The notes under the pieces are model-generated. The model ran no database searches and was not told the origin of the DNA. It saw only the letters and a list, made by a program, of their open reading frames with translations. The position numbers were made by a program, and so were the translations under genes. Below, one piece after another: positions 1-14,747 of a DNA stretch of 54,088 bases (position 1 is the stretch's first letter; every line of letters starts with the position of its first letter). Location: assembly GCA_963575745.1 (NCBI GenBank), contig CAUYUJ010000264.1, positions 62,001 to 116,088 of the forward strand, read 5' to 3'. This DNA is from Prorocentrum cordatum. Taxonomy: Eukaryota.

Positions 1-855
1 CCAATTAGTTGTCCGATATTCGGCCACACTGGCATGGCCGAAATTGACGTACCATTGGCAGATCTATTCTGCATACATGGGGGGGCAGGGTATCCGCAGC
101 TGCCTAGTCCGAGCGGTCTTGCACTGTCTCTGAGTGCGTACAGCGGGTGCATCAGTTAAGACATCAGCCTGGTAACACGCGTCCAACGGAATTTCTCATC
201 CTCCGATGGCCTTGTGGAATCGCAGGAACCTTATGACATTGCATGCAGCTAAGAGATCGTCGGCAAGCCAGTCTGTTATGGCAGGATGTCTCGTGTGCTT
301 GCCATCGCCGTCTCTCCCCGCGTCCTGGTCGCGGCGTTGCCTCCAGTCGATCGGCGCCCGCGGCATGCCGATCCACTTTACGCACATGTCTCGAGAACAT
401 CAGCGCCCTCTCCTGCGCGGCGGCCTTGAACACATCGAACATGGCGCAATGGTCTCCATCATACGCATTGTTCCCGAGACCACCACCGAACACCGTGACG
501 CATTGCAGTTCGGCGCCAGCGGCGGGCCGCTTTGCACTGGCTCTCGAGAATACCCCCCCCTTCGGGAGGCGGGAGATAGGCAGACCTCGAACGGCATGGC
601 CCGCCGAGGTGCACAACCACGCGACATGTGTACGCGCTGGTTCTGAAGCTCGCAGTCGTGCAACTGCCCACGATCCCAGCACACGGCTGGAATGAAGCTG
701 TGAGCTCCTTTTGCGCAGCGCGGTACGTGCGCCATGTTGTTCGTCCTTGTGGCGCGTGGGTTTGGCTGCTGACTGTTTCGTGAACACATTGAGTGTCCCC
801 TTTGGGGTGCCCCTCATTCGGATCCGCAACTGCAAGGGACTGCGCTTGTATGCCG

Positions 856-861
<6 letters not shown>

Positions 862-905
<44 letters not shown>
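862..905. repeat. (TA)n microsatellite
   Basis: Direct reading: run of TATATA... after GTGTGT. Confidence 0.95.
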
Positions 906-907
<2 letters not shown>

Positions 908-924
908 TATATAGATACACACAA

Positions 925-1762
925 AGTGGCCTTCGGCCCACCCCACCACTGTGTCTGGGTTGTGGGTTAGAGGCCTCGTGGATGGTCGTTTGGATATCGT
1001 CGGGGGGAGGCCTCTCCCTGGCCTCTTGGGGGCAGGTTTGCGGCCTCTTGAGGGCCGTCGGGCTTCTTGGGGCATCTTTTTGGGCCTCCTGGGGGCCCCG
1101 TGGGCCTCCAAGGGGCCTCTTGGGCTTTTTTGGGGTCCTCGTGGGGCCTCCTGGGGGCCTCTCGGGGCGGAAGGCTCGAATTGTCGGTTCGTGTTCCCCC
1201 TCTTGGGGCTGCCTTAGGGCCCTCTTGGGCGATCTTGGGCGCCTTTGGGCCGTTTTGGTGCCCTCTTGGACTGTCTTGGGGCCCTTTCAGGGGGCCGTCT
1301 TGGGGCGGTCTTGGGGGCCTCTGGGGCCACCTTGGGGCGTCGGGAGCCCGAAACCGCGAGAATGAGGAACGCACATAACAACACAAGGGAACCAATGAGT
1401 GTTTCCTCCTTGGGCCTTCATGGGGGTTCTCTGGGAGCGCTCTTGGGACTTCTTTGGGGCCTTTTGGGACGTCTTGGGGCCATCTTGGGCGTCTTGGAGC
1501 GCTCTTGGGCTGTCGTGGAGGCCTCTCGGACTCTCGTGGGCGCTTTCTGGGGCCCTCTTGGCCCGTCTTGGGGCCCCCCTGGCCTCTGGACCAGTCGCGC
1601 GGGGCAGCCCGAGAACGCGCGGGAGCACCAAGGACATGTCAGATGTTGGGGCCACAGCCTTCAGAACATCATCATCCGGGAGCCCCGAGTGCAGAGAACC
1701 GAGGACGCAGGAGGACCTGTAGAACACTCCACGTCGCGCCTCGAGGCACGGCGGCGGCTACA
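925..1762 (-). mobile_element. Non-autonomous Helentron/HINE-like insert with CTCTTGGGGCC-rich body
   Basis: Lies between TA-rich tracts. The left end has hairpin GGCCTTCGGCC followed by CCCCACCAC. The right end has hairpin CGCGCCTCGAGGCACG followed by GCGGCGG. The body is a degenerate CTCTTGG(G)GCC repeat. Confidence 0.45.
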
Positions 1763-1957
1763 ATAGCGCGTTTATGTTTACATCTATATGTATACATCTC
1801 TTTATATATGTATATATGTATACATAAACATATATATATATCACATATATATAGATGTATATGAATGTACATACATATATATAACAATGCGCATATACAT
1901 ATGTGTATGCATCTATCACATGTGATTGCGAGTGTCTATGTGTGTGCGTACACATGG

Positions 1958-2808
1958 TTGCCTTCGGCAAATCCCGCCACCTTGCCCTGGAGGTAGGTCG
2001 GAGGCCTCTCGGATGCTCGCGCGGGTCTCCTTGGAGCTGGCGGTCTCGGAGGCCGCCTCGGGGCGGAGGGCTCGAGGTGTCGGTTCTTGTTCGGGACTCC
2101 TTTGAGTGGGGTTTCTTGTCATTTTGCAGCCCTCTTGGCCGTCTTCGGGCGCAGAGAATTATGCACATGCACCGATCCTGGCAAGGCCCATCCTGGACCC
2201 ATGATCGTTGCATATGCCTTCCTGGCTAAGGTAGGATGGCGTATGCACCGATCCTGGGCTCAGGATGGGCCTGGCCAGAATCGGTGTATGTGCATAGGTC
2301 TTGTTCCTCTACGTCTGGAGACCCTCTTTGGGACCTCTTCGCTCTCCCTGGGGCGATCATCGGGGCCTCTTGGGCCGTCTCGCAGCGTCGAGATCCCGAA
2401 CAGGCGAGAGCGCTCACATAGTTAAACAGCCCCTGTGAAATCAGCGATGTTGGCCCCTCGGGGCCCTCCTGGGGAGCCTCTTGGAGCCATCTTGGGGCAG
2501 CTTTGGGGCCTAAGGCCGTCTGGAGACCATCTTGGGCGCCTCGGATCCATCTTCGGGCGACTCGGGCACTCTTGGACCTTCTTAGGGGCGTGTTCGGGCC
2601 CTTGTGGGCCGTCTTGGAGCCATCGCAGATCCGGGAAAGTAATGCGGGGACCTGGGGGCAACACCCAGCATGCGGGAGCAACCACAGCATGCGAGAAGCC
2701 CCGGGAAAGTAAGAATTTTGGGCCCGGGCCTTTTGGTGCGCTGGAATATATGCGGAGAGCCCGACAGACCTGAGGACACTCCAACTCGTGCCTCAGGGGA
2801 CGGCGGCG
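1958..2808 (-). mobile_element. Non-autonomous Helentron/HINE-like insert
   Basis: Left end: hairpin TTGCCTTCGGCAA plus CCCGCCACC. Right end: ACACTCC..CGTGCCTCAGGGGACGGCGGCG, similar to the end of the 925-1762 element. Flanked by TA/TG microsatellite. Confidence 0.45.
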
Positions 2809-2946
2809 TGTGTGTGTGTGTATATATATACGTATATATGTGTATAATCATAGTTGTGTGTTTTTACACATATCTACATACATGCGCATGTCTACACATA
2901 TAGCATGTGTCACCCGCTTATCGTTATAGTTACAAGTAGCATTGTG

Positions 2947-4140
<1,194 letters not shown>

Positions 4141-4479
4141 GTTATGCTAGTTTACTTGAGCTCTGATCAGCTTGTCATGTATAGTAATCCTATTGTTTGT
4201 AACCTTATTGTCACTATTATCAGAACTACTAGTATGATGTTGATGATGTTGATGCTGATGATGATGTTGACGGTGATGAGGATGATCCTGTCGATGATGA
4301 GGATGATGAGGATGATGGTGCTGATTATGGTGATGAGGATGATGAGGATTCTTACTCACGGGTATCGTTGTTACTATTCTGAGTATTCCGTAAAGTGCTG
4401 TTGTTATGGCGCATTTGTGTATTCACATAAGTGTATACATATATACATATATGTACACACACACATATATATATATATA

Positions 4480-5196
4480 TCCGTAAGGGCTTCGCCATCT
4501 GCCGCCGGCTCTCGGAGAATGGGCCATGGAAGAGCGAAGTCATGAGGCTTTGGCTGCTTTGCCGTGAAGCAATGTCGGGACCTATTTGTTTTTCGACCCT
4601 GACCCCGCCGATCTGCGTGAGGGGTGCCGCCGAATGTTAGACATGTGGCACATCCTTTCTGTTTTTGGACCCTGACCCTACAGATCTGCGTGAGGGGTGC
4701 CACCGAATTTCAAAAGTAATGTGGCAAATCCTTCTTGTTGATCTGCGTGAGGGGTGCCACCGAATTTGAAACATGCGGCAAAGTCCTCGTGTTTTTGGAC
4801 CCTGACCCCGCCGATCTGCGTGAGGGGTGCCACCGAATTTTAGAAATGCGGCAACCCCCTTGTGTGTTTGACCCCTGTCCCGCCGATCTGCGCGAGGGGT
4901 GCCACCGAATTTTAGAAAATGTTGCAAATCCCATGTGTTTTTTGACCCTGACCCCGCCGATCTGCGTGAGGGGTGCCAGGAAATTGCAGAAATATGGCAA
5001 ATCCCTTGTGTTTCTGGACCCTGACCCCGCCGATCTGCGTGAGGGGTGTACATTTTTACCCCCCCAGGAGTTCTGAGAACCCTCCCCTGTGGGCGCTAAC
5101 CACGGCAGTTACAATGGAAACTGGAAACTGGAACTGGCGCAGGGAGCAGCAAGCCTAAGCCTCGCAGCCTCATAGCCCCGCAAGGGGGCCGGCTGT
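4480..5196 (-). mobile_element. HINE-like insert carrying an internal ~73 bp tandem array
   Basis: Flanked by (TA)n on both sides. Left hairpin GGCTTCGCC plus CCGCCGGC; right hairpin GCCCCGCAAGGGGGC plus CGGCTG. Confidence 0.4.
4591..5048 (+). repeat. Tandem minisatellite, ~73 bp unit, ~7 copies
   Basis: Core GACCCTGACCCCGCCGATCTGCGTGAGGGGTGCCACCGAATTT recurs near 4595, 4668, 4739 (partial), 4798, 4870, 4944 and 5017. Confidence 0.92.
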
Positions 5197-5344
5197 ATAT
5201 TATATATTATATATACACATATATATATATATACATATACAGACATGCGCGTTCTGAATAGGGAGAAGGAGGCGGAGGAAGATGAGGAGGGAGTGAGGCA
5301 GGAACATGTGGCAGGAATCATGGAGCATGAGGGAAAAGGGTCGG

Positions 5345-6170
5345 GGATCCTCCTCGATCCTCCTCGATCCTCCTTCGCCTCGATCCTCCTCGACCGTTTT
5401 CCTCCTCGTCCTCCTCCTGTAGACGTTGGGGATCCCTTTTCGCCCTTTCCTGCCCCAGCTCCCTGCAGGGCCCCCCAGCTCCTGCGAGACTGCGGGGGGG
5501 ACCTGGGTTTCCGCGGGGCCCGGCGGCCGTCGCCCTCGGCGGCGGCGGGCGCGTCTTTTGTGCGTTCCTCCTCCTCCTCCTCCACCTCCTCCTCGATCCT
5601 CCTTCTCGATCGTCCTCGATCGTCCTCGATCCTCCTCCTCGACCCTCCACCTCGACCCTCCTCCTCGATCCTCCTCCTCGATCCTCCTACTCGATCCACC
5701 TCCTCCTCCTCCTCCTCCTCCTCCTCCTCCTTCCCGATCCTCCTCCTCCTCGATCCTCCTCCTCCTCGATCCTCCTCCTCCTCCTCGTCCTCGTGTAGAC
5801 GTTGGGGATCTCCCATCCTTCCCCTGCCCCAGCTCTCTGCTGGGCCCCCCGCCTTCCTTTGGCTTTTGCCTGGGGGAGGCGCTGGCCCCAGGCAGGGAGG
5901 CCCAAAGGGCTCTCGGAGTGTCCGGGCACGGCACGACAAGCTGGGGGCACTTCGGGCCAGGGTCAGCGATGGCAACCTCTGCTCTTGCAAAGGAGGAGGA
6001 GGAGGAGGAGGAGGAGGAGGAGGAGGAGGAGTAGGAGGAGGAGGAGGAGGGATGAGGAGGAGGAGGGAGGAGGAGGAAGAGGAGAAGAGATGAGGAGGAG
6101 GAGGAGGAGGAGGAGGAGGAGGAGAGGAGGAGGAGGAGGAGGAGGAGGAGGAGGGGGAGAGGGAGAAGGA
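5345..6170. repeat. GATCCTCCTC / (CCT)n / (GGA)n low-complexity repeats
   Basis: Direct reading. Confidence 0.9.
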
Positions 6171-9100
6171 AGAGTGCGGGCGTCATGGGTCGCAGCCAGT
6201 GCGCCGAAATATGGAACGCTCTGGGGGGGTGGGTCTCCCTTGGGTTGTGGGGCTCCCTGGGCGACTTTCAGGTGGAATTGCAAGAACATTGACCTCGCTA
6301 CTTATTCAATGTTCTTTTTGCAGCGCATTCGGCGTCACCCCAACACAATAGTACTATGTGTGCGTCGCCACCCTTGGGGCGACGCGCGCCCCGAGAAATC
6401 TTGTAGTATATGCGTCGTGGCGGGCGCTTTCTGGCCACAGCTCGAGAAACGATATACTTCAACATGGGTCTTAGTATATGTTCGTGGGACGCGCGCCTGC
6501 AAGGAAGACATATAGTGCTAGTACGTCTCTGTTCGTCCCATGCATTGTCCAGACCAGGCACAATTGCGGGAGCTGTGGTCCCCACCCCATGGGGCTTTGG
6601 GGGGCCCATCCACCTCGACACCTATCCCAGGAAATCGTCGGCACGATAGTTCTCGCCGGGAGGGTACTTACGCAGGACGAAAGATGTTCCTCTTGAGGTG
6701 CATGTGGCGATGATGAGTTGGAAGTTAATGACCGAATCCCCTTCCCCCGTAGAATCTTTACGCGGGCGGGTTCTGGGGTCCGCGGATCCGATTTCCCCTG
6801 GTCCCCCGTTTTAATCAAATACTATACATTTTAAACCGGGTAACCGTCGGACCAGTCGTAAAACATAAAACCGAACACGGATCCAGCAAATCCGGAATCG
6901 GGTTTTCGCGGACGGAAATCGGATCCACCGAAACAAACACCAAAGCCACTTTTGGAGCCGCGCGAACTTCATGGGATCCGACGGCGGTTATCTGGTACGC
7001 GTTTGCTCAAGACTTCAACCCTTCAAGAGGGACAATTTTTCGTCCTGGGGATGTGAGGAGCTCATTTACCCGAGCTGTGGCTGGTCGGTTGAGTCATCGA
7101 TGGCGCTGGTCAAGAGCCGATTGGCTGCCTGCTGCGTGCCTGCTGCCTCACCGAGGCGCGGGCTCCCAATACGTGGACGCCGTCGGCGCTCTGGCCCACC
7201 GGCGCTCTGAGCCCATCGAGCCCCCGGAGCTGATCGCACTCCCAGGCCTGGCGCAGAGATCCTTGTCGCCGTCTGACAGCAGGCCGGCGCTTTGATGCTC
7301 TCTCCTCATAGTCCTTCCGAGTCTCATCCCCCAGCTCCTCCTCAGCTCCCTCCTTTTCAGCTTCATCCCTCCTCGTCCCCGAGAGGAGGAGGAGGAGGAG
7401 GTGGAGGAGGTGGAGGAAGAGGAGGAGGAGGTGGCACCGATCCTTCTCGCTTCCGCTTCGCTCCTCATCCTCCCAATCAATCCTTCCCAGGCTGAGGTGC
7501 CCTTCCTCCCCAGGGTTGTTGCCCTCTGAGCCCATTCGGCTTCTGAGCCCTTGCGGCTGCCGAGAGCATCCTAGATCGAGCCCATTCGGGGCGCAACTGG
7601 GTGCAATCGTTCCCTTGCTCAGCTACCGAAAGGGCCCATACGCCGAGTGGGCGCAGGAGCGGCTTCTGGGGCCCGTGGCATTCCAGGCTCCAGGATCGCC
7701 CTCCGACAGGACTCCGCCCTCCGTCAGGGCGGGTGGGGGTTCGCCTCCCGCCCGTCCAGCCCCTACTCTCTCGCATCCGAGGAGGCTCGGGGGAGGAGAC
7801 CGGATGGATCTGCGGAGATGGAGGTCGGGCGTCTTGAGACGGGAGTCGATGCATAGCCAGAGCGCCGCATTTTGCAGGATCCTGCAGAGCCTACTGATCC
7901 AGGTCTGGATTGACCCTGGTCAGTAGATCCCCGAGAGGGGGAGAAGGAGGGGGTCATGGAACCGGCTGTAGGCGACTGGGCGTCTAGACCTAGAGTGATG
8001 TTCCTGTATTGTGCCACTCTGGGCTCAACGGTGCCCGAACTCATTTTTGGCCTTTCGGGCCCCAACCCGCTTTGGAGACTAAGTCCAGCTGAAAGATTGG
8101 GTTGCGCTCTTACGATCGCCCATGTGGAGGAGGAGTGTAAGGAGGATGCGGGGAGGCGTGAGGGAAGATCGGGGGTTCGAGGAGTAAGGAACGGAGAAAG
8201 AGTGAGGGAGAGGGGGGAGTGTCAAGTTAGGTGCGCTCGCGTCAACATCTGACATCCTACCCCTCCCTCCCATCCCTTGTATATGGAGGAAGCGGAGAAA
8301 GCGGGTGCTGGGACAGGGCATGGAAGTGAGGATCATGTGTGGGAGGAGGACGGTGTGGACTATGAGAAGGACGAGCAGTAACAGGAATGAGATCGAAGAG
8401 GACGATGTCGGAAGACGTGCCAGTCCGAGGATAATTAGCCCGCCTCCAGGTGCGAGTCGCCAGACAGGGACAGGCGACCCGCCTTCCTGTTCTTGCTTTC
8501 TTGTGCTTCTCTCATCCTAACACGCATCTTCCAGGAGTGGTCGGATGATGGAGAGGATAGGAGGAGGAGGAGGAGGAGGAGGAGGAGGAGGAGGAGGAGG
8601 AGGAGAATGAGGAGGAAGGACGTCTCAGAAGGCTCTCGGTCGGGGTCGAGGGAAGGGAGGGACATTTGCTAGACACTGGAGGGGATCGCAGAGTTCATCC
8701 ACCCTTTCTCTGCTCCTTCCTCCTCATCCCGTGATCCCCATCCCCCGCCGCTGGTCTCTCCTTCTGCGGCCCCTTTTCCGTGCGCGACCTCCCGACACGT
8801 TCTGTCGCGTGGCATGTCGTGCGTGGTGCGCTGCGGGAGCTGTTGGGCCCGGTCGCCGTGCTGAGAAGAGCCGTCCCTCCTGTGTGCTTTCCTCGTTTGG
8901 TCGTCACCGGGCACGGCTGGCAGTCCCCACTGCGCAATCCCTCCCAAAGAAATCAGCGCCTCCTCGTTTACTCGGGCCGAACGCAAGTGGGGGGATAGGG
9001 AAAGGGGGGGTTACGATATCTGCTGCATGCAGCCGGTTCCAGCCCCACCGAGGGGCCCTTCCTCGATACATGGCCGCCTCCGGCGCCGGGAGGCGCCGGG

Positions 9101-10023
9101 GAAATCAGCTACGTGAGTTGATTCTCGAACCCCTCCTTTGCTATCCCCCCCTTTCGCCCGGCCCGATTTTCTCCCCGCTCGCTCTTTCCCACCCTCCTCC
9201 ACCCCGTCTCCACTTTTTGCTGTGCCCTCCTGGGCCCCCTCTGTCGCCGCTTCGCACGCCTCCGCGCCTCCCTCCCCTCTCTCCCCTGCGCTGCTCCCTC
9301 ATCGTCTTCCTCTGCGCAAGCAGGCTCCTGGACGAGGAAGGTGAGGATGGGCGCGGAGAGAGGGAGCGAGGACGAGGAGCGGCCGACGGAAGAGGATGTG
9401 TGGCAGGATGCGAAGGATGGCAAGGAATCTGTGATCAGACGAGCGACTAACGAGCGATGCAGACAGCCCTCGCGGGCTGTGCGAGGCCACCCTACCCAGG
9501 GCCAGATCAGACACACTCAATCGATGACCCCTACAGGGCCTCCTAGGTGGCGCACACCACGCAAGCCACCCTGGTGCAGCTGATGACGTCGGGCTCCATT
9601 CAGCAGTGCGTCTGATCGCAGCGCTCACAATTGATGATGCCGGTCACACCCTCCACTCTCGCAGTATCTGGCAACGCTTCACCGTGCCGTGGTCCTCGCA
9701 AGAGGCAAGGGTCGTCGGGCGCTGGTGGGGCTTCCCCCGCTGCCTCTTAGGACGCGGATGGCGATCAGGCCATGACCAAGCGGGCGAGAGGCAGGCGGAG
9801 GACAACGGGGAACAGGAGCGGGCTGGAGGGGCAGGAGCACGTGTGCGAGGGGGTGCGCGGGGGAGGGGGGGGGGGGGGCGCTTGGAGGGAGGAGCGGGCG
9901 AAAGAGACGGGGAGTACGAGCAGGGAAGGAGGAGGAGGAGCAGGAGGAGGAGGAGGAGAAGGAGGAGGAAGAGGAGGGAAGGAGGAGGAGTAGGAGGAGG
10001 AGGAGGAGGAGGAGGAGGAGGAG

Positions 10024-11290
10024 CCATTGCTGCGACGATCAGGATTGGAGACATGCCCAATTCGACCTTTCCTGTGTTGATGACCTCACTGTCTCCGCCA
10101 CGATCAGGAGCCCATCTGCTGTGCAACGAGTTGTATTCGAAGTATCCGAGTCCGAGTACGTTGCGGCTTTGTCGCTAGGTCTCAGGCCGAACCCGATCAA
10201 CACTAGGTTGCTTGTTTGTTTGAGAGGCACTGCTAGGTTTCATCTACCCCCTGCCCACTTCGCTGGTGTCTCCCCTGCTGGGTTTTGAGCCCCCCATCGT
10301 GACGACTCACAAGGTCTTAGGTGCTCAGGTCACGTCTTCTGGATGCATGGCCCGTGCAGTTACTGCTTGGACCGTCAAGGCTCGCGGGGCCCTGGGACCT
10401 ATCAAGGCCCCCGTGGCCCAACGTCCCCTCTTGTCTCTGCGTGGTCTTGTGTCGTGGTTGGAGGCCCTGGCCCCGTCTGTTCTGTGCTCTGCTGCAGCTG
10501 TTTGTCCCCTTTCTCCCCCGCCTCCTGGCATGCACGACGGTCACGGCCCACTCAGCGTTGTACCGAGTTGCCTTCAATATGGCAAGTTTGATCAACGCGG
10601 AGGCGCACCAACGATCAGCGCAGATCTTATTTGAGGTGGATTGTTTCCTGCACAAGACATGACTGCTAATACGTTCCGCTATCCAGGTCGAGTACTGACA
10701 TTCGCTCCCCCGATGGTAGAGGTGATTGTGGACCTCCATTGGTATGACCCCACAGCACGGGCGAACCAGCTACAGGGTGATTTCGAGTGGCTTTATGGCC
10801 TGTCCTCAATTTCCACACTGAACCTGCGAAACACCCCGACGACCAGACACGACAGGGAATGGTTCAATTTGCAAGGACTCACGATCGTGATTCCAATTGT
10901 CCCGCCCGTCCCCAGTGCGATTGCTCGTGCCAAGCCCTACTATAGCGACAGAGCCAACATATTTGCCTAAGAGCCACAGTTGGCTCAGTTTGCGAATGGC
11001 ACGCTGCTCGAACCCCCTGGTGAGCGGACCCGCTTGTTTGTTAGTAAGTATTTCATTTTTCAGGCAATGGCGGTACACCAACTTTGAGCCCACACAGGCA
11101 CATTTCGCAAAACCCTTGACTCCCCCACGTGCGTTGCGGTGGGCACGGTCTGTCAAGCTTGCTTGCAGGATTTTCATGTGGTCTTTCGCTTCGCCCAGCA
11201 TTTGAGAGATGCCCCTTCGTGCAGGCTCACATGGGCCCACTCCGGCGCACGAGCAGGTCCTGAGGATGTAGAAGAGGCGAAGTACCCTCC
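10024..11290 (+). pseudogene. Decayed non-LTR (LINE) retrotransposon ORF2, 3' part: RT, thumb and C-terminal Zn knuckle
   Basis: FDLSCVDDLTV at 10061-10093 is the YxDD equivalent (CVDD 10073-10084), followed by GLRPNPINTRLL. THKVLGAQVTSSG (YKxLG motif) lies near 10300, FRYPGRV..P..V and QGDFEWL near 10670-10795, and CQACLQDFH..FAQHL...C at 11150-11222. The motifs fall in different frames, so it is frameshifted. Confidence 0.75.
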
Positions 11291-13029
11291 CTCGTTGCCA
11301 GGCCTTGTGTGCGACGTATTCGTATTCATTCGTACATGTTTGGGGCCAGAGTACTCAAGCGCACGACCTTGCTGTGCGTGCATCTGGACGCGGCGAGATA
11401 ATTCTTTGTGGCGAAGCTGGGCGACGGTCTTTGTACCCATGGCCGATCTCACGCCAGATCGAGGACTGGACGAGAAATGTGTGTGTGTGTGTGTGGATCG
11501 GCACGTACCAGTGTTGATCCCCCCGTCCCTCCTTGCTCGCAAGGCCGCCGCACCAATGGACAGTACATGCCGAGAGTGGACTCTGGTCAGAGGTGGCGTT
11601 GGAGTCTTGCGACGGCCGGGAAATACCACTGGGACTACGGAGATGTGTGGTCACTCTCGGCTCGTGTGTTATTCTTGGCTTACACACGGGTTGTATGTTT
11701 CACAATGGGTCCGACCCAGCTGGGCCGAGCCCCACGCCATGACTCACCGAGGTTTCTCTTCGTGTGTGCGTGTGCGTTGCTTTTGTGTGTCATAGTACCA
11801 CTTGGCTGCGCAGGGCTGTGCAACAGTTGCCCGTTTCGGGTGAATGGCGCGCGAAGAAAGGTGATGATTTGGCCCAGGCCGCCTTGTGGGCACGCTTCCC
11901 TGTGATAGCACCTCGTGGGCAAAATTATGCCCTCGTTGGGGTTTCGGTGCCTCTGGCAGTAACCTGGCCCGTGCATCTGGGGAAGGCTAAATAAACTATG
12001 TCTGTTTCTATTATCTATTTGTTCCCCTACTCTCCCTTTTCTGTTTGTCTCTGTCTCTCTCTCTCTCTCTATCTTTCTTTCGCTCTCTCTCTCTCTCTCT
12101 CTCGCGCGCTCTCATAATCCATCAGCTGTGAATGATCTTGCCCACGTTGTTCGGCCCTTCTCCCATGGGGAGGTGCGCCTCTCGGCGCTGGAGGTGGGTC
12201 TGTTGCCTCCCTGTGCTGCTCCGTATTGTGTCTCGTCTTACTGCGTATGCGCTTCGGACCTTTTGCACCAATCCGCAACGAACCGAGACGGGGAGGAGGA
12301 GCAGAGGGGGAAAAGGAGGAGCAGAGGGGGGGAGAAGGAGGAAGAGGAGGAGGAGGGGAAGGAGGAAGGAGGAGGAGGAGGCGGAGGAGCAGGGGAAGAG
12401 GAGGGGCGCTCCAGGCTGTCGCCTCGCGACGCCTGCGACGACGAGAGGCCCTCGGGCGCACCCCGAGAACGGGACTCGCCCGCCCTGGCCACGCCGAGCT
12501 GGTCCCGGATCTTGTCGACGGAGACCCACAGGACGTCGGGGGGGCGCCAGCGGTCGGGATCGTTGCACCCACCCTTCGCCGTTTCCCCATCCCCAACCGG
12601 ACCCCCGCCATCGCCCCCCCCCCCCCCCCCCAGCTGGGGATCAGTACTCTGGGGACGCACATCAAGAAACCGAGTGCTTTTCGTTCGTCAGGAAACCCTG
12701 CTTAGAGAATGGTGGCTCGTATGCTAGTTGCACCCTATGTATAAGTATCGCAAGTAGCATAGCTACTTACATGAGCGACTTATGTGTACTTACTAAGGTA
12801 CTTATAAGTTACTTAAGTTGATGTTCTTAAGTTACTTGAGCTAACACTATAAGATACTTATAAGTTACTTAGGGAAATGAAGCGATCGCGATCGCTTGGG
12901 AGGAGGAGGAGGAGGAGAGCGATGTCGATCGCTGTGAGGGGGGGAGGGGGGGAGGAGAGTGATGAGCGCGGCGGGGCGCGCGGCCTCCTCACCGCGCGCG
13001 GCCGCGTCCTCAGTGTACGCGCGGCCTCC

Positions 13030-13683
13030 TCACCGCGCAGGGGGCTCACCCTCAGGGGCCGCCTCGCCGCCCTGCCCGTCGCGGAAGAAGGCCAAGCAGA
13101 TCGCCTCCGCCTCGCTCATCGCCTGCAGCTCGGCCTGCTGTTGGAGCCGCCTGAGGACGCTGGAGTCGTTCCACCCATCCCCGCCCAGGGACACGAGCAG
13201 CTCCACCAGCTCACCCTCGGTGGGAGGGCGCACGGTGGCGCTTTCGAACTCCCACGAACGCTGGACCTCCATGGCCTGCTCCCTCTCGGCCGACGTCATC
13301 CGCGAGCGCTCCCAAACCGCAAGGTACTCGGCGTACGCGAGCTCCGCCTCCTGCTCCGCGGCGTCGCCGTAGAGCTTCTTCTCGGCCGCGGCCTTGGCGG
13401 CTTGGGTGACGCGTCGCCAGATCATCTTCGCCCTGGCTTCGGCGATGATCCAGCCTCCACCCTCGGCAGTTGCGGCTGCAACCTCGAGGCGCGGCCGCTT
13501 GGGTGGCGGCGGCGGCGCGCCCTTGGAGGCGGCCGCGGCGAAAGCGGCGGGCGGCGGCATCTTGAAGAACTTCGCGTCGACCATCTTCGGCCGCGGGCCG
13601 CCCAGCTCTGGCGGCGGCGGGACACTGGGCGGCTTCGCGCCGACCAGCCCAGGTGGCAGCGGTTCCGAGGGGAGATGGGCCAT
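13030..13683 (-). CDS. Hypothetical element-encoded protein (217 aa, helical)
   Basis: ATG-initiated ORF with a non-repetitive helical core (YAEYLAVWERSRMTSAEREQAMEVQRSWEF). It shares a ~95 bp upstream block with the transposase. Confidence 0.55.
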   Translation of the reverse strand: MAHLPSEPLPPGLVGAKPPSVPPPPELGGPRPKMVDAKFFKMPPPAAFAAAASKGAPPPPPKRPRLEVAAATAEGGGWIIAEARAKMIWRRVTQAAKAAAEKKLYGDAAEQEAELAYAEYLAVWERSRMTSAEREQAMEVQRSWEFESATVRPPTEGELVELLVSLGGDGWNDSSVLRRLQQQAELQAMSEAEAICLAFFRDGQGGEAAPEGEPPAR

Positions 13684-14271
13684 GACGCGCCCCCTCCTGC
13701 GCGCGCGCGCGCCGTCGCTTGGCCGCGATCGCCCCGTGCGTCACTCGCGAGGCGAGCCGAAACGGCTGAGCAACTCGCCGTCATCGCGAGCCCATCGTCG
13801 CCAACGCCCGCCCGAGCGATCGCCATCGCCCCACCCATATTCCCACCCGCGCCCGAGCGATCGACATCGCTCTCCTCCTCCTCATCATCGTCACCCTCCT
13901 CTTCCTCCTTCTCCTGCCTCCTCCCCCTTCCAAGCGATCGACATCGCTTCGCCTCCCCCAGCGATCGGCATCGCTCTCTTCCTCCTCCTCCTCCTCCTCC
14001 TCCTCCTCCTCCTCCTCCTCCTCTTCGCAGCGATCGAGATCGCGAGCCCCCCTGGCTGTCTATGCAAATCCCGCGGCCCCACTGGCTGCCCATGCACATC
14101 GCGATCGGCATCGCTACTCCTCCTCCTCCCTCCGCAGCCCCCTGGCTGCCCATGCAAATCCTGCTCCTCCTCATCCTCCTGCTCCTGCTCCTCCTGCTCC
14201 TCCTGCTCCTCCTCCTCCTCCTCCTCCTCCAAGCGATCGCCATCGCTACCTCCCCCAAGCGATCGACATCG

Positions 14272-14677
14272 CTATCCCCCCCCCAAGCTTCTTGTCGGCG
14301 CGCGCAGCCTCACTGCGGGGGCGCAGGCCGCGGCGTCCGTGGACGACCCTGGGCGCCCGTCGCCGCCCGTGAGCCCCTCCTCACGGGGGGGCCACGGCGG
14401 CGGAGGCGGCTTCGTCAGGGCGTCGGCCATGGCCACCGCCGACGCCATGGCCGCCTCCGCCTCGGGGGCGTCGTACAGCCTCTGCAGGCGGATGATCGCC
14501 ATCGCGTCCTGCTTGAGCTGCGCCAGCGCCGCCGCATGCACCGCGGCGCGGCGGCGCGCGACGCCCAGCAGCTCGGCGGCCCGATCCAGCTCGACGTCGC
14601 GCATGTCGATCTGGAGGGCCAAGTGCCGCGCCACCTGGGGGAGTCGTCGTCGTCGTCGCCGCCGCCGCCGTCGTCGT

Positions 14678-14747
<70 letters not shown>

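Noticed and set aside
1..860. Possible coding or retroelement fragment
   Set aside because: The sequence is complex, but I could not identify any motif in any frame.
4591..5048. CRISPR array
   Set aside because: The apparent spacers are homologous to one another (..AAATGTGGCAAATCC.TGTGTTT), so this is a tandem minisatellite. There are no cas genes and the context is eukaryotic.
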